A stretch of 64,000 nt of DNA from Eubacteriales bacterium (lineage in GTDB: Bacteria > Bacillota > Clostridia > Oscillospirales > CAG-272), in contig JAZSMP010000347.1 of the NCBI GenBank assembly GCA_045535915.1, forward strand, positions 24,368-88,367, in the 5' to 3' direction. This document shows positions 9,287-18,641 of this stretch, one piece after another (within the stretch, counting starts at the first letter, position 1; each line of letters starts with the position of its first letter). The translations under genes and the position numbers were made by a program. The notes beneath the pieces are model-generated. The model was not told the DNA's origin and ran no database searches. It worked only from the letters and a program-made list of their open reading frames with translations.

Positions 9287-10062
9287 CAGTTCGTAATTTT
9301 TATGATCTTTTAGAGACACTGTTGCCGCCCTTGGATATCGAAGGTATAGACAGTGACGGAATTCATACATTGCCGAATCCCGACAAGCAGGTAAAAAGAG
9401 TTCTGATTGCACTTGACCCGTACGAAAAAGCAGTTACTGAAGCTATAGACGGAAGTTACGATGTGCTGATAACTCACCATCCTTTGTTTTGGGGCGAACC
9501 TTTGCCGAATACACCTCCCGAAAATTGGTATAATAGACTAATGGGAGCCGGTATTGCTTGCTTCTCATTCCATATCAGACTTGATAGAATAGCCGGAGGC
9601 GTGAACGATATTCTCGCCGAAAAGTTAAATCTTAAAAACGTTGTGCCGTTTGACGAACCCGAGATCGACGGACTGGGACGTATCGGGAATCTCGAGTCTC
9701 CTATGGTCGTTAAAGATTTTGCGGAATATGTAAAGTCAGCACTTAATGCACCGACTGTGACTTATACTTGTTTACCCGATAATAGAAAGATATCGCGTGT
9801 TGCAGTGTTGGGCGGTTCTGCTTCGGACGCGATAACCTGTGCGGCATTGGCGGGAGCTGACGCTATAGTTGGCGGTGAATTTAAGCATCACAGTTACGGT
9901 TATGCCGCTCTTGAAGGCGGCGGGCGAGGTATAGCCATCATTGAGGCGGGACATTATCATACCGAATATCCAGTTTGTCAAAAGCTTTTTGATATTGTAA
10001 AAGTATTGCTTCCCGAGGCGGAAACCAATATCTTACCCTGCAACAATACTTATACTATTTAA
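9283..10062 (+). CDS. Nif3-like dinuclear metal centre protein
   Basis: LITHHPLFW and EAGHYHTE metal-ligand motifs. 4-nt overlap with trmK. Confidence 0.85.
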   Translation: MTVRNFYDLLETLLPPLDIEGIDSDGIHTLPNPDKQVKRVLIALDPYEKAVTEAIDGSYDVLITHHPLFWGEPLPNTPPENWYNRLMGAGIACFSFHIRLDRIAGGVNDILAEKLNLKNVVPFDEPEIDGLGRIGNLESPMVVKDFAEYVKSALNAPTVTYTCLPDNRKISRVAVLGGSASDAITCAALAGADAIVGGEFKHHSYGYAALEGGGRGIAIIEAGHYHTEYPVCQKLFDIVKVLLPEAETNILPCNNTYTI

Positions 10063-10078
10063 TTTTGGAGGAATTATC

Positions 10079-10756
10079 ATGACTTATGTAATTGCAAATC
10101 CGCACGGTTCTTATACTCAGTTTGTTAGGCTTCTTGAAGTAATAAATTTCAAAAAGGATGATGTTATGTTCGTTCTTGGAGATATCGTCGACTACGGAAG
10201 CGAACCGATAGACCTTCTTTGCGATCTTTCGTTCAGAGAGAATATTTGGGCTATTTCAGGCGAGCATGACAGATTGGCTTACAGAATGCTCAAGGGATTT
10301 GACGATATGCTGAAAAGCGGCAGTACTCCCGATGCGGAATATATTTCCGAAATGACCGATTGGATGACAAAGGGCGGCAAGTCGACTCTCGACACATTTC
10401 GTACTCTCGATAATGATATGAGAGAAGGAGTCCTTGAGTATCTTGAGGAGCTTCCTGCTTATGAAATGATGGCTGCCGGCGGAAAAGAATGGCTACTTGT
10501 TCATTCGGGAATTGAAGGATATGACGCCGATACCGATTTTGAGGATTATGAGCCCGATGCATTTTCAGCCGACGATGGTGTCCGTAAGATTGACGGTTAT
10601 ACCGTTGTTTGCGGTCATTTGCCGACAACTGAAAATCATTCTTGCGATGGTAAGATTTTCAAGGGTGATGGTTTTGTCGCTATAGACTGCGGCGCGGGAC
10701 GAGGCGGCAAGCTCGCATGCTTCTGCCTTGATAACGGCGAGGAATATTATGTCTGA
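10079..10756 (+). CDS. PPP-family metallophosphoesterase (PrpE/ApaH-like) with altered metal-ligand motifs
   Basis: Aligns by eye to PrpE: VIANPHGSY (for DIHG), LGDIVDYG (GDxxDRG), SGEHDRLAYRMLKG (GNHxxxLYxxLKG) and VVCGHLP. Confidence 0.75.
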   Translation: MTYVIANPHGSYTQFVRLLEVINFKKDDVMFVLGDIVDYGSEPIDLLCDLSFRENIWAISGEHDRLAYRMLKGFDDMLKSGSTPDAEYISEMTDWMTKGGKSTLDTFRTLDNDMREGVLEYLEELPAYEMMAAGGKEWLLVHSGIEGYDADTDFEDYEPDAFSADDGVRKIDGYTVVCGHLPTTENHSCDGKIFKGDGFVAIDCGAGRGGKLACFCLDNGEEYYV

Positions 10757-12482
10757 TATCAGGAAGAACGATATTCTTGAGCTTGACATCACAGCCGTCA
10801 GCAATCTCGGTTACGGTGTCGGAAGAACGGACGACGGAAAGGTCGTCTTTACTCCGGGTACCGTTACAGGCGAGAGAGCAGAAGTCAAGATAATCAAGAT
10901 CACAAAGGGTTATCTTGTCGGAAAGCTTATCAAGGTTTTAACACCGTCCGAATTGCGCGACTGCGGCAATAAGTGCACCGCCCCCGCTACATGCGGTGGA
11001 TGCGCATACAGATTTATCAAATACGAGCATGAGCTTGAGCTTAAACGCCAAAATGTAAGAGCGGAATTTGACAAGGCTGGACTTTCGGATGTGACTGTGC
11101 TTGATACTGCTTTCGTCTGCGATGAGCGTGGAGAAGCTGCTGTATGGCATTACAGAAACAAGGCTCAGTATCGCTTTGCTAAGGTCGGCGACCGCGTTAC
11201 AGCGGGTTTTTACGCCTTCGGGACGCATCGAGTGATCGGCAATGAGGCTTGTCCTCTTCAACCCGAAATATTCGGCAAGATCGCTCGATCTGTCTGCGAT
11301 TTTGCTGAGAAAAATAACATCTCAGTATACGATGAGGAAAGCGGAAAAGGTCTTCTGCGGCATCTCTATATCAGAAGCGGCGCGGGCGATAACGGAGAGA
11401 TCTGTGTTTGCCTCGTTATCAACGGAAACAAACTCCCGAATTCGGATGAATTAGCCAAAGAGCTTACGGAAAACTTTGTCCGAGTCGTGGGGGTCGTACT
11501 TAATGTAAACCGCAAAAATTCGAATCTCATTCTCGGAGACGAGTTTATAACGGTAAGCGGAAAATGCGGAATAACCGACAAATTCTGCGGAGTTGAACTC
11601 GATGTTTCTCCCGCGGCATTCTATCAGGTAAATCACGATGCCGCCGAGCTTCTTTGCCAAAAGGCTGCCGAGTTGGCTGCTCTTAAAGGCATCGAACATC
11701 TTCTTGACCTTTACTGCGGCATAGGAAGCGTAGGACTTTCGATGGCGCATAAGGTGCGTAGACTTACGGGCGTTGAGATCGTCCCGCAAGCAGTAGAATG
11801 TGCTGTCAGAAATGCAGAGCGCGCTGGAATAAAGAACGCAAGATTCGTTTGCGCAGACTCCGCAGACGGAGCGGCGGATATTCTGGCCAAGACTGACGAG
11901 CTCCCGGATGTCGTAGTTCTCGACCCGCCTCGTAAGGGCTGTGCGTCCGAACTTCTCGATTCGCTTACAAACGCAGGCATAGCCAAGATCGTATATATCT
12001 CCTGCAATCCCTCAACACTTGCACGCGACTGCGCACATCTTGCAAAGCAAGGTTGGGTGATCGGAGAGGTGCGTCCTGTAGATCTTTTCCCGAGAACAGG
12101 GCACGTTGAATCTGTTGTCTGTTTAAGTCGGCAAAGCAGTGTGCACAATATGAAGCTCCAACCTTCACCGTTTGAGATGATAAAATGCGGGCAAAAAACA
12201 ATAGAATTACGCTTGTTCGATGAAAAACGTCAGCAAATCAAAGCAGGCGATAAAATTGTTTTCACTAATACCGCTACCGGCGAAGCACTCAGCACAACAG
12301 TTGTGAAATTGCACCGTTTTGATAACTTCGAAGAATTATACAAATCGTTGTCTCTTTTAGAATGTGGTTACACAACCGAAGATGTTCACAAGGCCCATCC
12401 CTCTGATATGGAACAGTATTATTCTGTAGAAGAGCAGAAGAAATTCGGTGTAGTTGGTATTGAACTTTGCTGTTCAAATTAA
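10749..12482 (+). CDS. 23S rRNA (uracil-5-)-methyltransferase RlmD/RumA family fused to a C-terminal ASCH domain
   Basis: TRAM domain and Fe-S cysteines (CGNKC...CGGCAYRF). MTase motifs LDLYCGIGSVG and DPPRKGC, ending at the usual GHVESVVCLSR. About 110 further aa then carry ASCH-like FEMIKCGQKTIELRL. ATG 10749 follows GAGGA; the ORF track starts at 10728. Confidence 0.85.
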   Translation: MSDIRKNDILELDITAVSNLGYGVGRTDDGKVVFTPGTVTGERAEVKIIKITKGYLVGKLIKVLTPSELRDCGNKCTAPATCGGCAYRFIKYEHELELKRQNVRAEFDKAGLSDVTVLDTAFVCDERGEAAVWHYRNKAQYRFAKVGDRVTAGFYAFGTHRVIGNEACPLQPEIFGKIARSVCDFAEKNNISVYDEESGKGLLRHLYIRSGAGDNGEICVCLVINGNKLPNSDELAKELTENFVRVVGVVLNVNRKNSNLILGDEFITVSGKCGITDKFCGVELDVSPAAFYQVNHDAAELLCQKAAELAALKGIEHLLDLYCGIGSVGLSMAHKVRRLTGVEIVPQAVECAVRNAERAGIKNARFVCADSADGAADILAKTDELPDVVVLDPPRKGCASELLDSLTNAGIAKIVYISCNPSTLARDCAHLAKQGWVIGEVRPVDLFPRTGHVESVVCLSRQSSVHNMKLQPSPFEMIKCGQKTIELRLFDEKRQQIKAGDKIVFTNTATGEALSTTVVKLHRFDNFEELYKSLSLLECGYTTEDVHKAHPSDMEQYYSVEEQKKFGVVGIELCCSN

Positions 12483-12521
12483 TTTACGGATGAAAATGTC
12501 GTATTTTCTTAAAGGAAGATA

Positions 12522-13700
12522 ATGAATAAATTAGTAAACCACAATTACGACATCGCCGTTTGTGGCGGTGGCTTTGCAGGAATTTCTGCTGCGCTTGCTG
12601 CGACGAGAGAAGGCAAAAAGGTAATTCTTTTTGAAAAAGAATACATGCTCGGCGGTCTCGGTACAGCGGGACTTGTTACGATATATCTGCCGCTCTGTGA
12701 CGGTATGGGGCATCAGGTCTCCTTCGGTATTGCCGAAGAACTTTTCAGGCTTTCGATCAAGTATGGTGCCGAGGCTAAATATCCCGAAAACTGGCTTGAC
12801 GGTATCGGTACAAGAACCGATAAGGACAAGCGCTTTCAGGTACGTTACAATGCTCAGATCTTTGCAATTCTCGCTGAACAGATTCTCGCGGAATCGGGCG
12901 TTGACATAATGTACGGAAGCTACGTTATAGGTGCTAATGTTTCTGATGAGAAGATCAACAGCCTTTCTGTTGCCAACAAATCGGGCATTACCGATTATTA
13001 TGTGAAATCCGTCGTTGATGCAACCGGTGACGCCGATATCGCGAAATTTGCAGGTGCTCCGACAGATACATATAAAGCCGGAAATCTTCTTGCCGCATGG
13101 TATTACTTTACCGACGACAGCGGCTACGATCTGAAGATCCTCGGCAACTCGCGTGTTCCGAAGGATCTTCCCGAAGACAGCAAACTTCGCGAGTTTTATA
13201 AGAAACGCTATACAGGAATCGATGCCGAAGAGCTTTCGGAAATGGTTAGTGATTCGCACAGCATGCTCCTCTGCGATTGGCTTGAAAGACGAACCGCAAA
13301 TCCAAGTGCGGTTATATCAACAATTGCAACGATTCCTCAGGTCAGAATGACGCGCCGGATTGTCGGTGAATATACAATGTCTTACGACGAGATGCATAAG
13401 CGTTTTGACGATTCAATCGGTATGGTTTCAGACTGGCGTAAGCGAGGACCGATTTTTGAAATTCCGTTCAGAACCCTTTACAGCACTAAAGTTAAGAATC
13501 TGATAGCCGCAGGCAGATGCACTTCTGTCACTGATGAGCTTTGGGATGTCATGCGAGTAATTCCTTGCTGTGCCGTGACAGGACAGGCTGCGGGGACCGC
13601 CGCCGCCATGACTAATGATTTCACCGTATTGGACATTGCTGAACTTCAGACTAAGCTTGAGAAAAATTGCGTTGTTCTGCATGAAGAATCCATATTGTAA
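12522..13700 (+). CDS. FAD-dependent oxidoreductase (PF12831-like)
   Basis: Dinucleotide fold DIAVCGGGFAGISAALAATREGKKVILFEK...GGLGTAG. Paralogue of the 20172..21479 gene. Confidence 0.8.
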   Translation: MNKLVNHNYDIAVCGGGFAGISAALAATREGKKVILFEKEYMLGGLGTAGLVTIYLPLCDGMGHQVSFGIAEELFRLSIKYGAEAKYPENWLDGIGTRTDKDKRFQVRYNAQIFAILAEQILAESGVDIMYGSYVIGANVSDEKINSLSVANKSGITDYYVKSVVDATGDADIAKFAGAPTDTYKAGNLLAAWYYFTDDSGYDLKILGNSRVPKDLPEDSKLREFYKKRYTGIDAEELSEMVSDSHSMLLCDWLERRTANPSAVISTIATIPQVRMTRRIVGEYTMSYDEMHKRFDDSIGMVSDWRKRGPIFEIPFRTLYSTKVKNLIAAGRCTSVTDELWDVMRVIPCCAVTGQAAGTAAAMTNDFTVLDIAELQTKLEKNCVVLHEESIL

Positions 13701-13714
13701 GAAAGAGAATTATT

Positions 13715-14665
13715 ATGAAGAAAACCATTATGATTATTTTAAAGGTACTTTTGATCGTTCTGATTTCAGTAATTTCACTTGTTTTGATTGCGCTGATCGG
13801 CTTGAATATCGCTAAATTCTTCATTTACGATGATTATTATTCGATCAAGACGAATGTTTGCAAGAATCCGGGACTTGATGACGGCTTTATTTGCCAGGGG
13901 ATTGCCGTGTCAGAGGATAATGGAGTAGTTCTTGTTTGCGGTTATATGAAGGATAAATCAAATTCGAGAATTTACGTTACTGACTTCGATAGTAATTCAT
14001 ATTATGTTGAGCTCACAAGAGAAGGCGGGAAGTATACGGGGCATGCAGGTGGTCTCGCGATCACAGGCGATACCGTGTATATAGCAAATGCAAAGAAGAT
14101 ATATTCCTTCTCTCTGAGTGATGTACTTGCTGCAAAGAATGGTGACGTTATTGATATCGGAGGCGGTACAAAGGTAAATACAAACGCATCGTTCGTTTAC
14201 ACCGATGAAGAATATCTTTATGTCGGCGAATTCCACGACGGCGGAAGCTACGTTATCAAAGGACATGAGAATGAGACGGCAGAAGGAACTCATTACGCAA
14301 TCTGCACAAAGTATGCTCTTACTGATCTCTCTGCTCCCGTTGCAATATATACGCTACGAAATAATGTCCAGGGCATCTGCTTTACCCCTGACGGCAAGGT
14401 CATCCTCTCAACTTCATACGGCTTGACTGATACGATCTACTATGTTTATAACCTCTATGAGGCTACCGATTCGGGTGAAATCTTCGATGGCGCACCCGTT
14501 TATTATCTCGATAAACTTGAAAAAGAGATCCACGGCCCCGCTATGGGCGAGGATCTTGATTATTACGACGGTAAGATAATAACACTTACGGAAAGTGCAT
14601 CCAATAAATACATATTTGGCAAATTTTTCGGTGCAACAAAGATTGTAGCGCTTGATATCGATTGA
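13715..14665 (+). CDS. membrane-anchored hypothetical protein, possible beta-propeller
   Basis: N-terminal TM helix (ILKVLLIVLISVISLVLIALIGL). Repeated blade-like motifs follow: CQGIAV, AGGLAI, VQGICF and MGEDLDY. No family name recognised. Confidence 0.7.
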   Translation: MKKTIMIILKVLLIVLISVISLVLIALIGLNIAKFFIYDDYYSIKTNVCKNPGLDDGFICQGIAVSEDNGVVLVCGYMKDKSNSRIYVTDFDSNSYYVELTREGGKYTGHAGGLAITGDTVYIANAKKIYSFSLSDVLAAKNGDVIDIGGGTKVNTNASFVYTDEEYLYVGEFHDGGSYVIKGHENETAEGTHYAICTKYALTDLSAPVAIYTLRNNVQGICFTPDGKVILSTSYGLTDTIYYVYNLYEATDSGEIFDGAPVYYLDKLEKEIHGPAMGEDLDYYDGKIITLTESASNKYIFGKFFGATKIVALDID

Positions 14666-14675
14666 GGTAGTCCGT

Positions 14676-16061
14676 ATGAGAAAAGTTGTTGATTATGTTA
14701 TTGTCGTGTCACGGAATGCTTCGGAAAATGAACTGAGAGCTTCTGCGTTTATACGAGACAACATCCGTCTCGTTTGCGGTAAGATCCTTCCTGTTGTGTA
14801 TGATTCGGAAGAACCCCGCGACAATGAAATTGTCGTTGGAGAAACGACACGCGAGCTTTCTGACGGATTGACTTTTAACCGTTACAGAGACTCTGCTTCG
14901 GGCGGAGTGTGGGAATATATAATTCAATCTGTAGGAAGCAGATTGTATGTTACGGGGCTTGGAAGGCCTCCTGAAAGTGAATCTCCTTACACATCTGCAT
15001 ATAAACACCTTGATGACGGCAAGATCGGCACAGTCATGGCTGCTTATTATTTTGTTGAAGATATTCTCGGATATGATTTCCTTTATTCGTCGTATATTGA
15101 TATTCCGGAAAATCCGGATATTGCTATTCCGGATAATTATCTATATGAATTTACAAGGGATGCTTTAAGATCCAAAGATCCTGTACTGTATGACGGCGCT
15201 GCTTTTTATACACTTCACGGTGCAGAAGAGCTTCACAGTAATATGGGGAGCATGATATTTAAATCAAAATCCGGCAAGATTGCGGTTGTTGACGGCGGCA
15301 GAATACCCGATACCGATAGATTTATTCGTATTTTGCAGAAGATAAGCGGAAGAGAAGTACCGCATGTTGATGCTTGGCTGTTTTCTCATTTTCATACCGA
15401 TCATTTTGGCGTATACTACAGCTTGTGCTCGAATGAAAAGTATCGCGGTAAAATTACCGTTGAAACATTCTATTGTAACCTATTGACGGAAGAGTTTTAT
15501 ACAACTTTGGCCAAAGAAAAGGTGATAAACGCTGCTGCTATCCGAGCTGCAATGATCTCGCCCGATTCGCCTACGGGAGCAAAAGTTTGCACCGTTAAAA
15601 AAGACGATGTTATATCGGTTGACGAGATAGAATTTGAAGTCATTCATGTCCCCGATATTGCTATGGCCGATAAGATGAACATGAACGATTCGAGCGTCGT
15701 TTATAAAATGACCTATGACGGAAAGCAGACTATGATGCTTCTCGGAGACGCAGAATGGGTTTGCAGTAACGATCTTACAGAGAATTGCAGAGATAAGCTT
15801 AAAAGCGATATCGTTCAAGTCGGGCATCATGGATGCGGTAACGTTTCAGCTGAGTGTTACGAATTGATTGATGCTGATGCTTATATCTGGCAGACCGGCG
15901 AGAAGTTCTGGTATAGCGATTGCGGAGAAGGACTTAATACGCATAACACCGGAGTTATCAGAACAAGAGCGTATATGATGAGAAAATCTCCCGATATGAG
16001 AAACGTATATGTAGTAATGGATGATATTTTGTCATCCCCGTTGCCTATGGAAATATATTGA
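14676..16061 (+). CDS. MBL-fold metallo-hydrolase (ComEC-like MBL domain) with an N-terminal alpha/beta module
   Basis: SHFHTDHFG (HxHxDH), LLGD, and IVQVGHHG as in ComEC/Rec2-type MBL domains. GAGG lies 7 nt before ATG 14676; the ORF track starts at 14652. No signal peptide. Confidence 0.75.
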   Translation: MRKVVDYVIVVSRNASENELRASAFIRDNIRLVCGKILPVVYDSEEPRDNEIVVGETTRELSDGLTFNRYRDSASGGVWEYIIQSVGSRLYVTGLGRPPESESPYTSAYKHLDDGKIGTVMAAYYFVEDILGYDFLYSSYIDIPENPDIAIPDNYLYEFTRDALRSKDPVLYDGAAFYTLHGAEELHSNMGSMIFKSKSGKIAVVDGGRIPDTDRFIRILQKISGREVPHVDAWLFSHFHTDHFGVYYSLCSNEKYRGKITVETFYCNLLTEEFYTTLAKEKVINAAAIRAAMISPDSPTGAKVCTVKKDDVISVDEIEFEVIHVPDIAMADKMNMNDSSVVYKMTYDGKQTMMLLGDAEWVCSNDLTENCRDKLKSDIVQVGHHGCGNVSAECYELIDADAYIWQTGEKFWYSDCGEGLNTHNTGVIRTRAYMMRKSPDMRNVYVVMDDILSSPLPMEIY

Positions 16062-16077
16062 CAAGGAGTAAATAACA

Positions 16078-17712
16078 ATGAAGGTTTGTATTATTCAACC
16101 TTTGTATTCTGCAGATTGGAATGATTCCGAAAAACTGTTTCAGTGGGAACTTGATATTTTAGATAAGTGTGATGCGAGTATGGATCTTATCGTGCTGCCC
16201 GAGGCAACGGATGTTCCTGCTTATGCCAAAACAATGGAACAGTTTCATACAAGTTATAAAAAATACAACAAGAAAATTCTTGATAAAGCATCCGAGACTG
16301 CTAAAAGATGTAACAGCGTTCTGTTTATTAATGCGCTATATGATTCTGGTGTCGGACTGAGAAATACTACATATGCTTTTGATAAAAACGGAAATATTGT
16401 TGGGCATTATTTCAAACAGCATCCTACTAACGGAGAAGTCTTCAAACGGGAGCTTGACGGCGAGTATACATACGAGTTTTCAGAACCTGATTGCATTGAA
16501 ATAGACGGTTTAAGATATTGCTTTCTCACATGCTATGATTTCTATTTCTATGAAGGTTTCGCTAACATAGCGCGCAGACACCCGGATATTATTATCGGAT
16601 GTTCTCATCAACGCACAGACAGGCAGGATGCGCTTGATATGATGTGCAGATTCCTGGCTTATAATACCAATGCTTACGTAGTTAGATCTTCTGTCAGCAT
16701 GGGAGAGGACTCCGAGATTGGCGGCGGTAGTATGGTGGTTTCTGCAGACGGCAAAACGGTCGTAGATATGAAGTCGCGTGTTGGAATGGAAGTCTGCGAT
16801 ATTGATCCTACGAAAAAATACTATAAGCCGGCAGGATTTGGAAATCCCGAGATTGCTCATTATGAATATATTGAACATGGCAGAAGACCTTGGAAATACA
16901 GACCGGCGGGTAGTGCTATAGTTCTGCATGATGATTTAGCGCCCTATCCCAGACTTTGCGCACACCGCGGTTTCAATACAGCAGCGCCCGAGAACAGCCT
17001 TCCTGCCTTCGGCGCCGCAGTAGCACTTGGCGCTACCGAAATTGAATTTGATCTTTGGGAGACCAAAGACGGAGAAATTGTTTCGATACATGACAGCAAA
17101 CTTGACCGTGTATCTGACGGCACGGGTTACGTGTGGGATTATACCTTGGAAGAGCTTAACCAATTAAATTTCGGTAAGGGTTATAATGGCGTTTACGATG
17201 GTTTGAAGATTCTTACCTTTGAGGAGATCCTCAAGAAATTTTCAAGTCATGTTATTATGAACATACATGTAAAATCGCATGATAATACCAATCCTTTGAA
17301 TGAAGATTATCTGAAAAAGATAATTCGCCTGATCGATAAATACGATTGCGATAAATATGTGTATTTTATGTCCGGCAATGATGCTGTACTGAAACAATTC
17401 GGAGTGCTTGCGCCTCATCTTAAGAGATGTGTCGGCGCCGGAAATGCGAAAGATCTGATAGTCGAAAGAGCTATCGCGCTCGGCTGCGAGAAGGTTCAGT
17501 TCTTTAAAGAGCATATTACACCTGATAAGGTTGTGCTTGCACATCAGCATGGAATAATTTGCAATTATTTCTATTGTGATGATGTTGATAAAGCTAATTA
17601 CTTTTTTGACATGGGTATCGACACGATACTTACCAATGATTATCAGCGCATGTTTGGTGCTCTTTCACACAAATTGGGTAAGGGTGCTGCAATTCCTTGT
17701 AAAAAACATTAA
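16078..17712 (+). CDS. fusion protein: carbon-nitrogen hydrolase (nitrilase superfamily) + glycerophosphodiester phosphodiesterase
   Basis: N-terminal half has E-K-C triad contexts LIVLPEATD, HYFKQHP and FLTCYDFYF. C-terminal half is GDPD: CAHRGFNTAAPENSLPAF, TEIEFDLWETKDGEIVSIHD. AAGGAG RBS. Confidence 0.8.
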   Translation: MKVCIIQPLYSADWNDSEKLFQWELDILDKCDASMDLIVLPEATDVPAYAKTMEQFHTSYKKYNKKILDKASETAKRCNSVLFINALYDSGVGLRNTTYAFDKNGNIVGHYFKQHPTNGEVFKRELDGEYTYEFSEPDCIEIDGLRYCFLTCYDFYFYEGFANIARRHPDIIIGCSHQRTDRQDALDMMCRFLAYNTNAYVVRSSVSMGEDSEIGGGSMVVSADGKTVVDMKSRVGMEVCDIDPTKKYYKPAGFGNPEIAHYEYIEHGRRPWKYRPAGSAIVLHDDLAPYPRLCAHRGFNTAAPENSLPAFGAAVALGATEIEFDLWETKDGEIVSIHDSKLDRVSDGTGYVWDYTLEELNQLNFGKGYNGVYDGLKILTFEEILKKFSSHVIMNIHVKSHDNTNPLNEDYLKKIIRLIDKYDCDKYVYFMSGNDAVLKQFGVLAPHLKRCVGAGNAKDLIVERAIALGCEKVQFFKEHITPDKVVLAHQHGIICNYFYCDDVDKANYFFDMGIDTILTNDYQRMFGALSHKLGKGAAIPCKKH

Positions 17713-17736
17713 TATTTCGAAAGGTCTTTACAGCGA

Positions 17737-18615
17737 ATGACTGATAAAAAGAAAATTTCTTTTGCATTTATTATTTTTGCCGGAGTTTGTTGGGGTACGT
17801 CTCCAATATTTGTCCATTATCTTGCTCCTTACGGCTTTACCTCTTTACAGATGACGGCAGTACGCGGAAGTGTGTCTTTTGTTTGTATGCTTTTATATAC
17901 ATGTGTTGTAGACAGAAGTCTTTTTAAAACGAAGTTTAAAGATTTGATATTATATGCAATTATAGGAGCATCGTTGTTTGGCACGGCCTTCTGCTATTAT
18001 TCTGCAATGCAGATGACCTCTGCATCTACGGCAGTTGTTTTGATGTATACGGCTCCTATATACGTTATGCTGTATTCTGTATTGTTTATGAGAGAAAAGT
18101 TTTCGAATTCAAAACTGATATCGCTTATATTAATGCTGGTTGGGTGCTGTTTTGTTTCTGGAATTATAACAGGGCTGAAGTTCAACGCTATCGGGATTTT
18201 GATTGGAGTTTTAACCAGCTGGATCTATGCAGCTTATAACATTTTGACAAAAATATCGATGCAAAAGAAATGCGAACCGGTTACGGTTACATTATACAGC
18301 TTTATGTTTATGAGTCTTATTTCCGTATCGGTCTGTGATCCTGTTGGATTGATTGGAAATGTCGGCAAAGCTCCGATACCTACGTTGCCGCTGTGTCTGG
18401 GATTGGGAATCATTACTTTCGTTATGCCGTACTTCTTATTCACTTGGTCAATGAAACATTTGCCTGCAGGTATAGCTTCTGCATTGAGTGTTGTGGAACC
18501 GATGGCGGCTACGGTTTTCAGTGCCGTGCTTTTTATGGAAATCCCCGATATTGTTTCTATCGTAGGAATACTTATGATTTTAGTTTCTGTGTATCTGCTC
18601 AGCAGGACTGAGTAA
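17737..18615 (+). CDS. EamA/DMT-family transporter
   Basis: About 10 predicted TM helices in two EamA-like halves; 292 aa. Confidence 0.85.
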   Translation: MTDKKKISFAFIIFAGVCWGTSPIFVHYLAPYGFTSLQMTAVRGSVSFVCMLLYTCVVDRSLFKTKFKDLILYAIIGASLFGTAFCYYSAMQMTSASTAVVLMYTAPIYVMLYSVLFMREKFSNSKLISLILMLVGCCFVSGIITGLKFNAIGILIGVLTSWIYAAYNILTKISMQKKCEPVTVTLYSFMFMSLISVSVCDPVGLIGNVGKAPIPTLPLCLGLGIITFVMPYFLFTWSMKHLPAGIASALSVVEPMAATVFSAVLFMEIPDIVSIVGILMILVSVYLLSRTE

Positions 18616-18641
18616 ATCTTGTTTTTAGGCGGAATTTTTAA

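Noticed and set aside
12531-13259. 242-aa ORF on the minus strand
   Set aside because: It lies entirely antisense to the well-supported FAD-oxidoreductase gene. The sequence is low-complexity and R/K/F-rich, with no RBS, so it is a shadow ORF.
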